Shown piece after piece: positions 12,595 to 24,741 of a DNA stretch of 64,000 nucleotides. The DNA is from Mobula hypostoma (taxonomy: Eukaryota), in NCBI RefSeq assembly GCF_963921235.1, contig NC_086108.1:4216001-4280000 (forward strand), in the 5' to 3' direction. The first letter of the stretch is position 1. Every line of letters begins with the position of its first letter. Under the pieces are notes generated by a model. It was given only the letters and a program-made list of their open reading frames with translations, did not search any database and was not told where the DNA came from. The position numbers and the translations under genes are program-made.

Positions 12595-12970
12595 GATGGC
12601 AGGGTGTAGATATATCTCTATCAAAGGAGATGTAAGGTGCTCCTTCCCTCTGCTAGCCTGCAGGTCACCCTTGGGCAAGGTGTAGTTCCTGCTTCTCCCC
12701 CCCCACCCCCCCCAAGATCAGGGTCACGTGAAGCCATGGGAGCAGGTGGTGGATGGTCGTATGAGCAGCTGGTGCACATCACATCCTGGTTATGTGACCA
12801 CTGACCCCAGGCAGACAATCTCTGAAGAGTATTGATAAGGGCTGGGGTCACCCATCTTGTAAAGACACCGCCCAGAAGAAGGCAATGGCAAACCACTTCT
12901 GTGGAAAAATTTGCCAAGAACAATCATGGCCATGGAAAGATCAAGAACACCATATATCACCACACACAAT
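12595..12970 (+). mobile_element. RTE-related non-autonomous element (SINE-like)
   Basis: GGTCACCCTTGGGCAAGGTGTAG is shared with the 5' region of the RTE LINE at about 57687; GAAGAAGGCAATGGCAAACCACTTCTGT resembles the BovB/RTE-derived SINE motif. Confidence 0.6.
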
Positions 12971-13459
12971 GATAAAGTTCTAACCATCCCCTTCATTTTT
13001 CTATCGACCATGTGCCTATCTAAGATTTTTTTAAATGACCGTAATGTATCTGCCTCCACCACCACCCCATGTATCCAGCGCTCTCTGGGTAAAAAACTTA
13101 ACTCTGACAATCAAGATTGTTTAATGGTACAACGTAAAGGAGAACGAAGTAATTGTTACTCCAGATCCAATGCAGCACAAAAAAACAATAAGATAAAAAC
13201 ACAATAATAAAAATACAATAAATATAAATACCTAAGATAGCTTCTATGCATACAGTAGATTATATACATAAAGAGTTGCTAGGCACAGGAGTGCCTATAC
13301 CTAAGGTGACTGACAGGAAAAGATGAAGTATTGGTGGTTGGGGGTATTGATCAGTCTCACTGCTTGGTGAAACCCCCTCTACTTCCCTCCAATCTGCTTA
13401 AATTGAAGCCCTCACATATGCCCTCTCATATTAAATTGATGCCCTCTCCTACGGTCTGG

Positions 13460-13660
13460 AGATGTTTGAGAGGCTGTCGTAGGGCCTACTTTCTCCGTGC
13501 GCAGTCACGGAGGAGCTTCGATGTGTCCCTGCAGCGGGGAAAGTGCCGGGCAGCAGGGTTCATTCTGGAGTCTCCCTCCACTGGAAGACCAAAGGGTGCC
13601 CTTCGCCGGGTTGATGATCTCCCAACAGCAGTACACGTACCTATGCAGCGTGAGAATCCT
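13460..13660 (-). mobile_element. Possible degenerate Tx1/L1-clade ORF2 C-terminal fragment
   Basis: Minus strand reads CCWEIINPAKGTLWS, resembling the C-terminal motif of Tx1-like elements; recognised by eye only. Confidence 0.35.
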
Positions 13661-13712
13661 CTGTCCGCACTTCTTGCTGCCTTGGTAAAGCTAAATAAAT
13701 ATTACGTGTTCA

Positions 13713-13870
13713 GGCAGCATAGCACGGTGGCGTAACGATTACAACACCAGCGAGCCGGGTTCAGTTCCTCTCACTACCTTTGGGGAGTTTGTTTGTCTGA
13801 CTGTGCCCACGTGGATTTCCTCGGGAGGCTCTGATTTCTTCCCACAGGACGTACGGGTCAGGCTCATTGG
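13713..13870 (+). mobile_element. Degenerate tRNA-derived V-SINE/HE1-like SINE
   Basis: B-box-like GGGTTCAGTTCC and V-domain-like CGTGGATTTCCTCGGGAGGCTCTGATTTCTTCCCAC. Confidence 0.6.
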
Positions 13871-14226
13871 ACCTGAATCGGTATCCGGCTTAACATCACT
13901 TGGATATAGAGTGAAATTTGTTGCTTTGCGGCATCTGTACAGTGCAATACATAATAAAAACGGTAAATTTACAATAGGAAGAAGATATTTTTTTTAAATT
14001 AAATAAGTTGTGCTGAAAAGAGGAGGAAAAAAAGTAGTGAGGTGGTGTTCAAGGGTTCAATGTTCATTCAGAAATCTGATGGCAGAGAGGAAGAAGCTGT
14101 TCCTGAATCGTTGAGTGTGTGCCTTCAAGCTCCTGTACCTCCTCCCTGATGGTACTTTGAGAAGAGCTGACCATACTATATCTGTAACTAAATCAAATTA
14201 AAACATCAAAGACCAGCCAACCCCAG

Positions 14227-14416
14227 CAAAGTTCCCTCTAATTTGTTTAAATAGCTGCTCAGTTGCTCCGAGCAGGAAATTGTTACTCAGCCTGAAAACT
14301 GCGCGGCACTTTAATACTAATGTTATATTCCAGCTGCGTGGCAACAAAGGCTACGTGCGCGGAAGCATTTCAGTTACTGTGCGGCCGTGCACCTGCGCAG
14401 CTTAGAGGGAGCAGTG
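14227..14416. mobile_element. Small hAT-type MITE
   Basis: Imperfect TIRs CAAAGTTCCCTCTAA ... TTAGAGGGAGCAGTG; no clear TSD. Confidence 0.5.
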
Positions 14417-15878
14417 CATCCGCATGCGGTATCTCTTTCTCCCTCTCCCGCCGGGCGGAAGATACAAAAGCTTGGTAGCATGCACCACCGGGCTGAAGGG
14501 CATTGAACAGTCCCCAGTACTATCAGATCAGACTCTTTGCCTCACAGTCTACCTTGTTGTTTGCCTGCACTGCACTTTCTCTGGAGCTGTTATCTGTTAT
14601 CATTTTACCTAGCACTATGGCACGTGGCTGAAAGAAAAATGAAAGGGTTAAATCAATCTTAAAGTCTATATTGAAGAGCCTGCCCTGTGCTGTACAGTTT
14701 TAAGTTGCAAGTTCTATCTATCTCTGCCTTAAGTACACTCAATATTCCATATGAGGTAACAAATCCACAGATTGACCACCCTTTGGCTAATGACATTCCT
14801 GCTCGTCTTTGTCCTAAAGGGATGTCCCTTTATTTTGAGGCTGTACCTCCTGGTCCACTCTGTATAAAAATGCCCCTTTGAAGTTTGGATAGCAAGGAAT
14901 GAGGAACAAGTATTATGCCCTGGTTTCTGTCAGCATAGTGTTGCCTGTCTTTACCCCCCAGAATTGCCCACAGTTCCCCCTGGAGCATGGACAACATGCC
15001 TCAGTGGTCCCTCTGGTGGCGATGACTGGAACTGCGATGGTGAACCAAAAACAGCCTTTTCCACCCCTCACTTCCCAGCTTTTCACCCCCTCCCTCACCC
15101 ACACCCACCTTCCCTCCCACCTATCACCTGCCTGCTCCTCTTGGAGAAAGGCTGTTGGAGGAGATTTGATGGAGGTAGTTTGTATGGGGTTCAGACAGGG
15201 TAGACGGAGGGAAGCTGTATCCATTCTTGGCTCAGGCTTAGTAAGATGGTGAATGTTAGTAAATGCTCAGTGGGTCCGGCAGCGTCTGTGAAGAGAGTAA
15301 ACCAGAGCAATTTCCTGATGAACGGTCTCGGCCCGAAATTCCCACTGTTCATTCCCCTGCATAGATGCTGCCTGACCTGCTGAGTTCCTCCAGTATTTGT
15401 GTGTGTGTGTTGCTCTGGATCTCCAGCATCTGAAGAATCTGTGTCTCTTCTCCCTCCTCACCTGGACCCACCTATCTCCTATCCCTAGCCCCTACCTCAC
15501 CCCTTCCCCTCACCTCTTTATACTACCCATGTCCTGTGTGTTTTTCAGTCCAGTTCAAAGTAAATTTTATTATCAGAATACATATACGTCACCACATACA
15601 ACCCTGAGATTCATTTTCCTGTGGGCATACTCAGCAAATCTGGAGAATAGTAACTACAACAGGATCAATGAATGATCAACTGGAGTGCAGAAGGCAACAA
15701 ACTCTGCAAATGCAAAAATAATTAAATAGCAATAAATAACGAGAACATGTGATAGAGTCCTTAAAGTCAGATCATTGGTTCTAGGACTAAGCAACCGGTT
15801 TAATTTTACGTGGGTTTTTTTTTTTGCATTTCCCATCCCCTCCACCCCAAACTCCTGTGCAGGGAGAGGGCTCCCGCC

Positions 15879-16004
15879 ATGAACAAGCTGAAGCAGAGTC
15901 TACGACGGAAGAAGCAGCCGTATGTGCCTGAAGCGAGCCGCCCGCACCAGTGGCAGTCTGACGAAGAATCGGTGCGCAAGGGCAAGTGTAGCTTCCCAGT
16001 CAGG
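15879..16004 (+). CDS. NUMBL: Numb-like protein, first identifiable coding exon (MNKLKQSLRRKKQPYVPEASRPHQWQSDEESVRKGKCSFPVR); exon starts at 15863
   Basis: Acceptor tgcAG at 15861-62, ATG in ccgccATG context at 15879, donor AGG|gtgagt at 16005, 42 codons, phase 0. Residues QSLRR, VRKG and FPVR resemble NUMBL more than NUMB (QSFRR, VRTG, FPVK). Confidence 0.9.
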
Positions 16005-16124
16005 GTGAGTACCTGGCCGTCTAACTCTGGGGCTGGGAGAACGGCCAAGAGGACTGGGGTATAAAAGCAAGACACGAAGGTTAGCCTTTGTAAGGCATGT
16101 GGAGTACTGTGGGCAGCTTTGACC

Positions 16125-16605
16125 AAAGACCGTAAGATATTGGAACAGAATTGGGCCATTTGGCCCATCGAGTCTACTCTGCCATTTCATCATGGCTGAT
16201 CCATTTTCCCCTCTCAGTCCCAATCTCCTGCCTCCTCCTTCATATCCCTTCATGTTCTGACTAATCAAGAATCTATCGACCTCTGCCTTAAATATACCCA
16301 ATGACTTGGCCTCCACAAAGTCCACAGATTCACCACCCTCTGGCTAAAGAAATTCCTCATTCTCTCTGTTCAGAAAGGATTCACCTCTCTTCTGAGGCTG
16401 TGTCCTCTGGTCTTAGATTCCCCCATCATAGAAAGCATCCCCTTCACATCCACTCTATCGAGGCCTTTCACCATATGATAGGTTTCAATGAGGTCACCCC
16501 CATTCTTCTGAATTCCAGTGCGTAGAGGCCCAGAGCCATCAAACACTCCTCATATGATAAGCCTTTCAATCCCAGAATCGTTTTCGTGAACTTTCTTTGA
16601 ACCCT
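16125..16605 (-). mobile_element. CR1 LINE 3' end
   Basis: VEAKSLGIFKAEVDRFLI (ORF 15900..16325) and CR1 3' UTR just after the first NUMBL coding exon. Confidence 0.82.
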
Positions 16606-16835
16606 GTCTGGGCCCCATGTCTAAGGAAAGAAGTGCTGGTGTTGCAGCGGCTTCAGCGGAAGCTCGTGAGAATGGTCCCGGGACTGGCCTCTTGTCAGCA
16701 GTCATCAGCTTTCAGGAGTCGCCTACTGTCCTAATGAAACTACAGACAGATACAAGGTTTTGTATTGTAGATTGAAAGGGTTAATGCGTGAGGAGCATTT
16801 GATGGCTCTGGGTCTTTACTCACTGATGTTTAAAC

Positions 16836-17564
16836 CAGGGGTCCCCAACCTTTTCTTGCACCGCGGACCGGTTTAATATTGACAATATTCTGGTGGACCG
16901 GCCGACCGGGGGTGGGGGGAGTGTTCAAGTAGGGTTAAACTCACCTCAACATGTCTTTTACGGTTAGGGTTGCCAATTTTCTCACTCCCAAATAAGGGAC
17001 AAAAGTAGCAGTCAAATACCAGGACAGTGTTTACCCCGAGAAAGACTACCATGACCATGAAACCTTGCGTGGGCACCTGTGTGTGCATGCGTGTACCTGC
17101 CGATTTTTTCCACAAATCGGACTTGACTTAATCTTCCTGACTACACAGTACATACATTATTTCTACTTTGTATAGGCTGTGTATTTATCATATCATTCCT
17201 GCTTTTACTATATGTTGGTGTTATTTTAGGTTTTATGTGTTATTTGGAATGATTTGGTAGGTTATTTTTTGGGTCTGGGAACGCTCAAAAATCTTTCCCA
17301 TATAAATTAATGGTAATCGCTTCTTCGCTTTACACCATTTCGGCACAAACGGTTTCATAGGAACGCACTGCATTAGCAGGGGAAATACGGGACAAGGGCG
17401 GTCCCGTAAGGGACAAACCAATTTAGCCCAATATACGGGATGTCCCGGCAAATATGCGACAGTTGGCAACCCTATGTTCAAGTTCAACAGTGCGTGACAG
17501 GGAATGAGGAAAGGTGCAGCTGACTCATATCGGTTCCTCGCGGCCCGGTGGTTGGGGACCGCTG
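16836..17564. mobile_element. hAT (Charlie-like) non-autonomous composite element inserted in a CR1 LINE
   Basis: TIRs CAGGGGTCCCCAACC / GGTTGGGGACCGCTG; 8-bp TSD GTTTAAAC (16828-35) vs GTTTAGAA (17565-72); CR1 sequence resumes across the site. Confidence 0.85.
16930..17474. mobile_element. Nested hAT (Blackjack-like ends TAGGGTT...AACCCTA) element containing a Tigger/pogo-like terminal fragment
   Basis: Perfect 8-bp TSD TGTTCAAG at 16922-29 and 17475-82; inverted motif TAGGGTTGCCAA (16965) / TTGGCAACCCTA (17463-74); multiple CGGGAC-type subterminal motifs. Confidence 0.7.
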
Positions 17565-17620
17565 GTTTAGAAGAATGAGGGGGGAATCTCATTGAACCTA
17601 TCAAATATTGAAAGGCCTCG

Positions 17621-19952
17621 ACAGTGTGGGTGTGGATAGGATGCTTCCTATGGTGGGGGAGTCTAGGACCAGAGGGCACAGATAGAGTGGATGTGGAGAG
17701 GATGTTTCCTATAGTGGGGGAGTCTAGGACCAGAGGGCACAGATAGAGTGGATGTGGAGAGGATGTTTCCTATATTGGGGGAGTCTAGGACCAGAGGGCA
17801 CAGATAGAGTGGATATGGAGAGGATGTTTCCTATAGTGGGGGAGTCTAGGACCAGAGGGCACAGATAGAGTGGATGTGGAGAGGATGTTTCCTATAGTGG
17901 GGGAGTCTAGGACCAGAGGGCACAGATAGAGTGGATGTGGAGAGGATGTCTCCTATAGTGAGGGGGAGTCTAGGACCAGAGGGCACAGATAGAGTGGATA
18001 TGGAGAGGATGTTTCCTATAGTGGGGGAGTCTAGGACCAGAGGGCACAGATAGAGTGGATGTGGAAAGGATGTTTCCTATAGTGGGGGAGTCTAGGACCA
18101 GAGGGCACAGATAGAGTGGATGTGGAGAGGATGTCTCCTATAGTGAGGGGGAGTCTAGGACCAGAGGGCACAGATAGAGTGGATATGGAGAGGATGTTTC
18201 CTATAGTGGGGGAGTCTAGGACCAGAGGGCACAGATAGAGTGGATGTGGAGAGGATGTTTCCTATAGTGGGGGATTCTAGGACCAGAGGGCACAGATAGA
18301 GTGGATGTGGAGAGGACGTTTCCTATATTGGGGGAGTCTAGGACCAGAGGGCACAGATAGAGTGGATGTGGAGAGGATGTCTCCTATAGTGAGGGGGAGT
18401 CTAGGACCAGAGGGCACAGATAGAGTGGATATGGAGAGGGTGTTTCCTGTAGTGGGGGAGTCTAGGATCAGAGGACACAGATAGAGTGGATGTGGAGAGG
18501 ATGTTTCCTATAGTGGGGGAGTCTAGGACCAGAGGGCACAGATAGAGTGGATGTGGAGAGGATGTTTCCTATAGTGGGGGAGTCTAGGACCAGAGGGCAC
18601 AGATAGACTGGATGTGGAGAGGATGTCTCCTATAGTGAGGGGGAGTCTAGGACCAGAGGGCACAGATAGAGTGGATGTGGAGAGGATGTCTCCTATAGTG
18701 GGGGATTCTAGGACCAGAGGGCACAGATAGAGTGGATGTGGAGAGGACGTTTCCTATATTGGGGGAGTCTAGGACCAGAGGGCACAGATAGACTGGATGT
18801 GGAGAGGATGTCTCCTATAGTGAGGGGGAGTCTAGGACCAGAGGGCACAGATAGAGTGGATATGGAGAGGATGTTTCCTGTAGTGGGGGAGTCTAGGATC
18901 AGAGGACACAGATAGAGTGGATGTGGAGAGGATGTTTCCTATAGTGGGGGAGTCTAGGACCAGAGGACACAGATAGAGTGGATATGGAGAGGATGTTTCC
19001 TATAGTGGGGGAGTCTAGGACCAGAGGGCACAGATAGAGTGGATGTGGAGAGGATGTTTCCTATAGTGGGGGAGTCTAGGACCAGAGGGCACAGATAGAG
19101 TGGATGTGGAGAGGATGTCTCCTATAGTGAGGGGGAGTCTAGGACCAGAGGGCACAGATAGAGTGGATATGGAGAGGATGTTTCCTATAGTGGGGGAGTC
19201 TAGGACCAGAGGGCACAGATAGAGTGGATGTGGAGAGGATGTTTCCTATAGTGGGGGAGTCTAGGACCAGAGGGCACAGATAGAGTGGATGTGGAGAGGA
19301 TGTCTCCTATAGTGAGGGGGAGTCTAGGACCAGAGGGCACAGATAGAGTGGATATGGAGAGGATGTTTCCTATAGTGGGGGAGTCTAGGACCAGAGGGCA
19401 CAGATAGAGTGGATGTGGAGAGGATGTTTCCTATAGTGGGGGAGTCTAGGACCAGAGGGCACAGATAGACTGGATGTGGAGAGGATGTTTCCTATAGTGG
19501 GGGAGTCTAGGACCAGAGGGCACAGATAGAGTGGATGTGGAGAGGATGTTTCCTATATTGGGGGAGTCTAGGACCAGAGGGCACAGATAGAGTGGATGTG
19601 GAGAGGATGTTTCCTATAGTGGGGGAGTCTAGGACCAGAGGGCACAGATAGAGTGGATGTGGAGAGGATGTTTCCTATAGTGGGGGAGTCTAGGACCAGA
19701 GGGCACAGATAGACTGGATGTGGAGAGGATGTTTCCTATAGTGGGGGAGTCTAGGACCAGAGGGCACAGATAGAGTGGATGTGGAGAGGATGTTTCCTAT
19801 ATTGGATGGGTCTATGACCAGAGGGCACAGATAGAGTGGATGTGGAGAGGATGTTTACTGTAGTGGGGTAGTCTAGGACCAGGGAGCACAGATAGAGTGG
19901 ATGTGGAGAGGATGTTTCCTATGGTGGGGGAGTCTTGGACCAGAGGGCACAG
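17621..19952 (+). repeat. 61/63-bp tandem array, 38 copies, amplified from CR1 ORF2 coding sequence
   Basis: Unit ATAGAGTGGATGTGGAGAGGATGTTTCCTATAGTGGGGGAGTCTAGGACCAGAGGGCACAG; collinear CR1 sequence on both sides (about 16770-20180). Confidence 0.95.
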
Positions 19953-20387
19953 CCTCAGAATAGAAGGATGTTTTTTTTAGAAAGGGGATGAGGAGGAATT
20001 TCTTTAGCCAGAGAGTGGTGAATCTGTGGAATTCGTTGCCACAGAGGGCTGTGGAGGCCAAGTCATTGGGGAGATTAAAAGGGGAAGTTGACAGGACCTT
20101 GATTAGTCAGAATGTCAAAAATAACGGGGAGAAGGCAGGAGAATGGCGTTAAGAGTGATAATAAATTAGCCATGATGGAGTGGTGAGGCAGGCTCGATTT
20201 GAGGTGAGGTATAGGTACAAAGTAGATCTTGCTTGCAGCAGCATCACAACACCGATGTGTAGATTTATACTGCATGTAAGCAAGCCATTCAGCCCAACTT
20301 CTCCATTCTAACCCCGTTGTCCAATGGGCAAAGCCTAATCTGCCCGCTTTGGGCCCAAAGCCTTTTACAGCTCTCCTGTGCAGCGCA

Positions 20388-20545
20388 CGGCGGTGTGGCG
20401 CTAGAAGAATGGTTTACAGTACAGGTGATCTGGGTTCAATTCCCGCCACTGTCTGTAAGGAGTTTGTACGTTCGCTCCATAACTGTGTGGGTTTCCTCCG
20501 GGTGCTCTGGTTTCCTCCCACAGTCCAAAGACGTGCCAGTTAGTA
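20388..20545 (+). mobile_element. V-SINE/HE1-like SINE, 5' part; 3' part resumes at about 22906-23007 after a CR1 insertion
   Basis: B-box GGGTTCAATTCCC and V-domain TGTGTGGGTTTCCTCCGGGTGCTCTGGTTTCCTCCCACAGTCCAAAGAC. Confidence 0.8.
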
Positions 20546-22905
20546 GACCACGAGACCGTAAGACATAGGAGCAGAATTAGACCATTCATCTCATCAAGTC
20601 TGCTCCACCATCTCATCGTGGCTGATCCCGGATCCCACTCAACCCCACACGCCTGTCTCCTCGCCCATATCCTTTGATACCCTGATTGATCAGGGAACTA
20701 TCAACTTCCAGCAAACGGACTTGGCCTCCACCGGATTCTGTAGCAGAGCGTTCCACAGATTCGCAACTCTCTGGTTATAAAAATTCCTCCTGACCTCGGT
20801 TTTAAAGAGTCGCCCCTCAGTTTTGAGGCTGTGCCCTCTAGTTCTGGATACGCCCACCTTATGAAACATTCTCTCCACATCCAACCTATCTAGTCCTTTC
20901 AACATTCAGTAGGTTTCAATGAGAACTCCAGGAATTTTTCTGAATTCGAGTGAGTACAGGCCCAAAGCTCCTCCTATGTTAACCCCTTCATTCCTGGAGT
21001 CATCCTCATGAACCTCTTCTGGACTCTCTCCAATGACAGCACATCCTTTCTGAGATATGGGGCCCAAAACTCTTGGCAATACTCTGTGCAGCCTGACTAG
21101 TGTTGTATAAAGCCTCAGCATTATCTCCTTGCTCTTATATTCTATTCCTCTTGAAATAAATGCCAACATTGCATTTGCCTTTTTTACCACAGACTCAACC
21201 TGTAAATTAATCTTCTCGGAGTCTTGCACAAGGACTCCCAAGTCCATCTGTACCTCTGATGTTTGAACCTTCTCCCCATTTAGATAATAGTCCGCACTAT
21301 TGTTCCATTTACCAAATTGCATTATCGTACATTTCCCAACGCTGTATTCCATCTGCCAATTTTTTGCTCATTTTTCCAATTTGTCTAAGTCCTGCTGCTT
21401 GTATTGCTTCCTCAGCACTAACTACCCCTCCACCTATCTTCGTATCATCCGCAAAGTTTGCCACAAAGCCATCAATTGCATTATCTGAATCACTGACAAA
21501 CAATGTGAAAAGTAGCGGTCCCAATACTGACCCCTGAGGAACACCACTAGTCACTGGCCCCAACCAGAAAAGGGCCCTTTTATTTCCACTCACTGCCTCC
21601 TGCCTGTCAGCCATTCCTCTATCCATGCCAGTATCTTTCCTGTAATGCGAAGGGGTTTTATCTTGTTAAGCAGCCTCATGTGTTACACATTAACAAAAGC
21701 CTTCTGAAAATCCAAGGAAATGATATCCACTGCCTCTCCTTTGTCCACGCTGTTTGTTACTTCCTCAAAAAACTCTGGTCAGGCAAGATTTCCCTTTACA
21801 GAAACCGTGCTGAATTTGACTTATTTTATCTTTAGTCTCCAAGTACCGCAAAACCTCATCCTTAATAATAGACTCCAGCACTTTCCCAACCAATAAGGTT
21901 GGGTTAATTGGCCTGTAATTTTCCTTCCTCTGCCTTCCAACCTTCTTAAAGAGTGGAGTGACATTTGCAATCTTCCAGTCCTCCAGGACCATGCCAGAAT
22001 CAAGTGATTCTTGAAAGATCATGACCAATCCATCTGTTATCTCTTCAGCAACCTCTCTCAGGACTCTGGGATGCAGTCCGTCTGGTCCAGATGACTTATC
22101 CACCTTAAGACCTTTGAGTTTGCCTAGTACCCTTTCCTTTGTAATAGCAATGGCACTCACTCCTGCTCCCTGACACTCACGGACCTCTGGCACACTGCTA
22201 GTGTCTTCCACAGTGAAGACTGATGCAAAGTCCCTATTAAGTTCATCCGCCATTTCTTTGTCCCCCATTACTACCTCACCAGCATCATTTTCCAGTGGTC
22301 CAATATCATCTCTCACTTCCCTTTTTACTCTTTATATAACTGAAAAAGCTTTTAGTATCCTGCTTTATATTATTGGCTAGTCTGCCCTCATATTTCATCT
22401 TTTCCATTCTGATAGCTTTTTTAGTTGCCTTTTGTTGGATTTTAAAAGCTTCCCAATCATCCAACTTCCCACTCACTTTTGCTACATTATATACCCTTTC
22501 CTTGGCTTTTATGCAGTCCTTAACTTCCCTTGTCAGCCACGGTTGCCTACCATTTGAGAACTACTACGTCTATGGGACATATCTATCCTGCGCTTGGTGA
22601 ACTATTCCCAGAAACTTCAGCCATCTCTGCTCTGCCATCATCCCCACCAGTATCCTCCTCCAATCCACCTGGGCAAGCTCCTCTCTCACGCTTCTGTAAT
22701 TCCCTTTATTCCATTGTAATACTGATACGCCTGACTTATGCTTCTCCCTTTCAAATTGCAGTGTGAATTCAATCATATTATGATCACTGTCTCCTAAGGG
22801 TTCCTTTACGTTAAGCTCCCTAATAAGATCTGGGTTATCACACAACACCCAATCTGAGATGGCCTTTTCCCAAGTAGGCTCAAGCACACGCTGCTCTGAA
22901 AAGCC
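20546..22905 (-). mobile_element. 5'-truncated CR1 LINE (end of endonuclease, RT, tail) with frameshifts
   Basis: EPLGDSDHNMIEF, KSSGPDGLHPRVLREVAEEI, VTSGVPQGSVLGPLLF, FADDTKIGG (ORFs 22570, 21765, 21309, 20906, 20690). Confidence 0.92.
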
Positions 22906-23189
22906 AGGTTAACTGGTCATTGTAGTTGGGTTAAGTCGGGGGAACTCTGGGCGGTGTGGCTCGAAGGGCTGGAAGAGCTTGTTCCACACTGTATCTCAAT
23001 AAATAAATGGATATCCATGTGCTTATCTGGTAGCTTTTAAACATCTTTAATGTACCTGGCAGATTGTTCCAAATACGCACCATCTTTGCCTGAAGAAACT
23101 GCCCCCGTTGCCCATGTTAAATCTCTCACCTCTGATCTTAAACCTCTGCCCTTTTGCTTTGAGTACTCATCCCTGGGAAACGTCTAGGT

Positions 23190-23745
23190 ATTCTACATGA
23201 GCAAGACCCGTCATAGCTTGGGAGACTGCTTCGGCGAGCACCTCCACTCCATCTGCCGCAAGCAGGACTTCCTGGTGGCCAAACATCTTAATTCCCATTC
23301 CTGTTCCAACATGTCAGTCCATATACCAGGAGAAGGCCACCCTCAGGGTGGAGGAGCAACACTTTATATTCTGTCTGGTAGCCTCCAACCTGATGGCATG
23401 AAGATCGATTTCTCCCTCTAGTATCAAATTCCACCCCCTCCCTCTTTTCCCCACTTTAACCTCTTACCTTTTCTCTCCTATCACCCCTCCTCCTTCCCTC
23501 TCCTCTCCTGTCAGATTGCTTCCTCTCCAGCCCTTGACCTTTCCCACCCACCTCCTTCACCTATCGCCTTCTCGCTATCCTCCTCCCCCTCCCCCCCCCA
23601 CCGTTTTATTCTGGAATCTTCTCTCTTCCTTTTCAGTCCTGGTGAAGGGTCTTGCCCAAAATGTCAACTGTTTACTCTTTTCCATAGACGCTGCCTGACC
23701 TGCTGAGTTCCTCCAGCATTTTGTGTGTGTAATCTCACATCTGCA
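23190..23745 (+). mobile_element. Penelope-like element 3' fragment
   Basis: TRHSLGDCFGEHLHSICRKQDFLVAKH...GSLQPDGMKIDFS (ORF 23197) followed by a pseudo-LTR with a degenerate hammerhead. Confidence 0.78.
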
Positions 23746-23869
23746 GACTCTTTATCTAATTAGTTATGAAATCTGTTTCATGTTGGAATGTTGGAAAAAG
23801 ATATTTTATTTACTCAGATTCAGATTCATTTATTTATCAGACATAGGTCAAAGCTTACCTTAGATTCTG

Positions 23870-24520
23870 TGGATGTGAACGGGACACCTTCCCAGGTGCC
23901 AGGATCAGTGACATCCTGAATCGTGTCCACAGCATTTTGGAGAGTGAGGGAGAGCAGCCAGATCTCCTGGACTTATCGGTACCAATGACATAGGAAGGAA
24001 AATCAAAGGGAACCTGAAGAGAGAATTTAGAGAGTTAGGCAGAAATAACAGGGGACAGGAGATGGCAGATGAACTAAGTGAATATTTTGCGTCAGTCTTC
24101 ACTGTGGAAGACACTAGCAGTGTGCCAGATGTTGAAGACTGTGAGGGAAGAGAAGTGGGTGCAGTTACTATTACAAGGGAGAAGGTGCTCAAAAAACTGA
24201 AAGACCTACAGGTACACAAGTCACCCAGACCAGATGAACTGCACCCTAGGGTTCCGAAAGAGGTAGCGGTAGAGATTGTGGAGGCATTAGTAGTGATCCT
24301 TCAAAACTCATTGTACTCTGGCACGGTGCCAGAGGACTGAAAAATTGCAAATGTCACTTCACTGTTTAAGAAAGGAGGAAGGCAGCAGAAAGGAAATTAT
24401 AGACCAGTTAGCCTGACCTCAGTGGTTGAGAAGATGTTGGAGTGAATTGTTAAGGATGAGGTCATAGAGTACTTGGTGACACAGGAGAAAGTCAGCATGA
24501 TTTCCTTCAGGGAAAATTTT
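23870..24520 (+). mobile_element. Internally deleted CR1 LINE (ORF1 esterase fragment joined to ORF2 fragment)
   Basis: PGARI.DI...EGEQP-like ORF1 remnant; MADELSEYFASVFTVED...KSPRPDELHPRV (ORF 24062). Confidence 0.75.
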
Positions 24521-24741
24521 GCCCTAAAATAGCCCCTAACTCTCTTCTCTGTCTGCAGAATCATCCCTGCAAACTCCAAATGAATACAACTACATCTGAG
24601 CCACGATCTCGACAGAGACCGCAGATCAACGCCACCTTGACCACATCAAAAATTTCAACACCACAAAAAAGTTTAAAAGTCAATTTATTATCAAAGTACA
24701 TATATGTGACAGTATGCTACCTTGAGGTTTTTAAAAACTTT

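Noticed and set aside
20388..20460. tRNA-like A/B boxes
   Set aside because: Heads of tRNA-derived SINEs followed by the V-domain; no cloverleaf.
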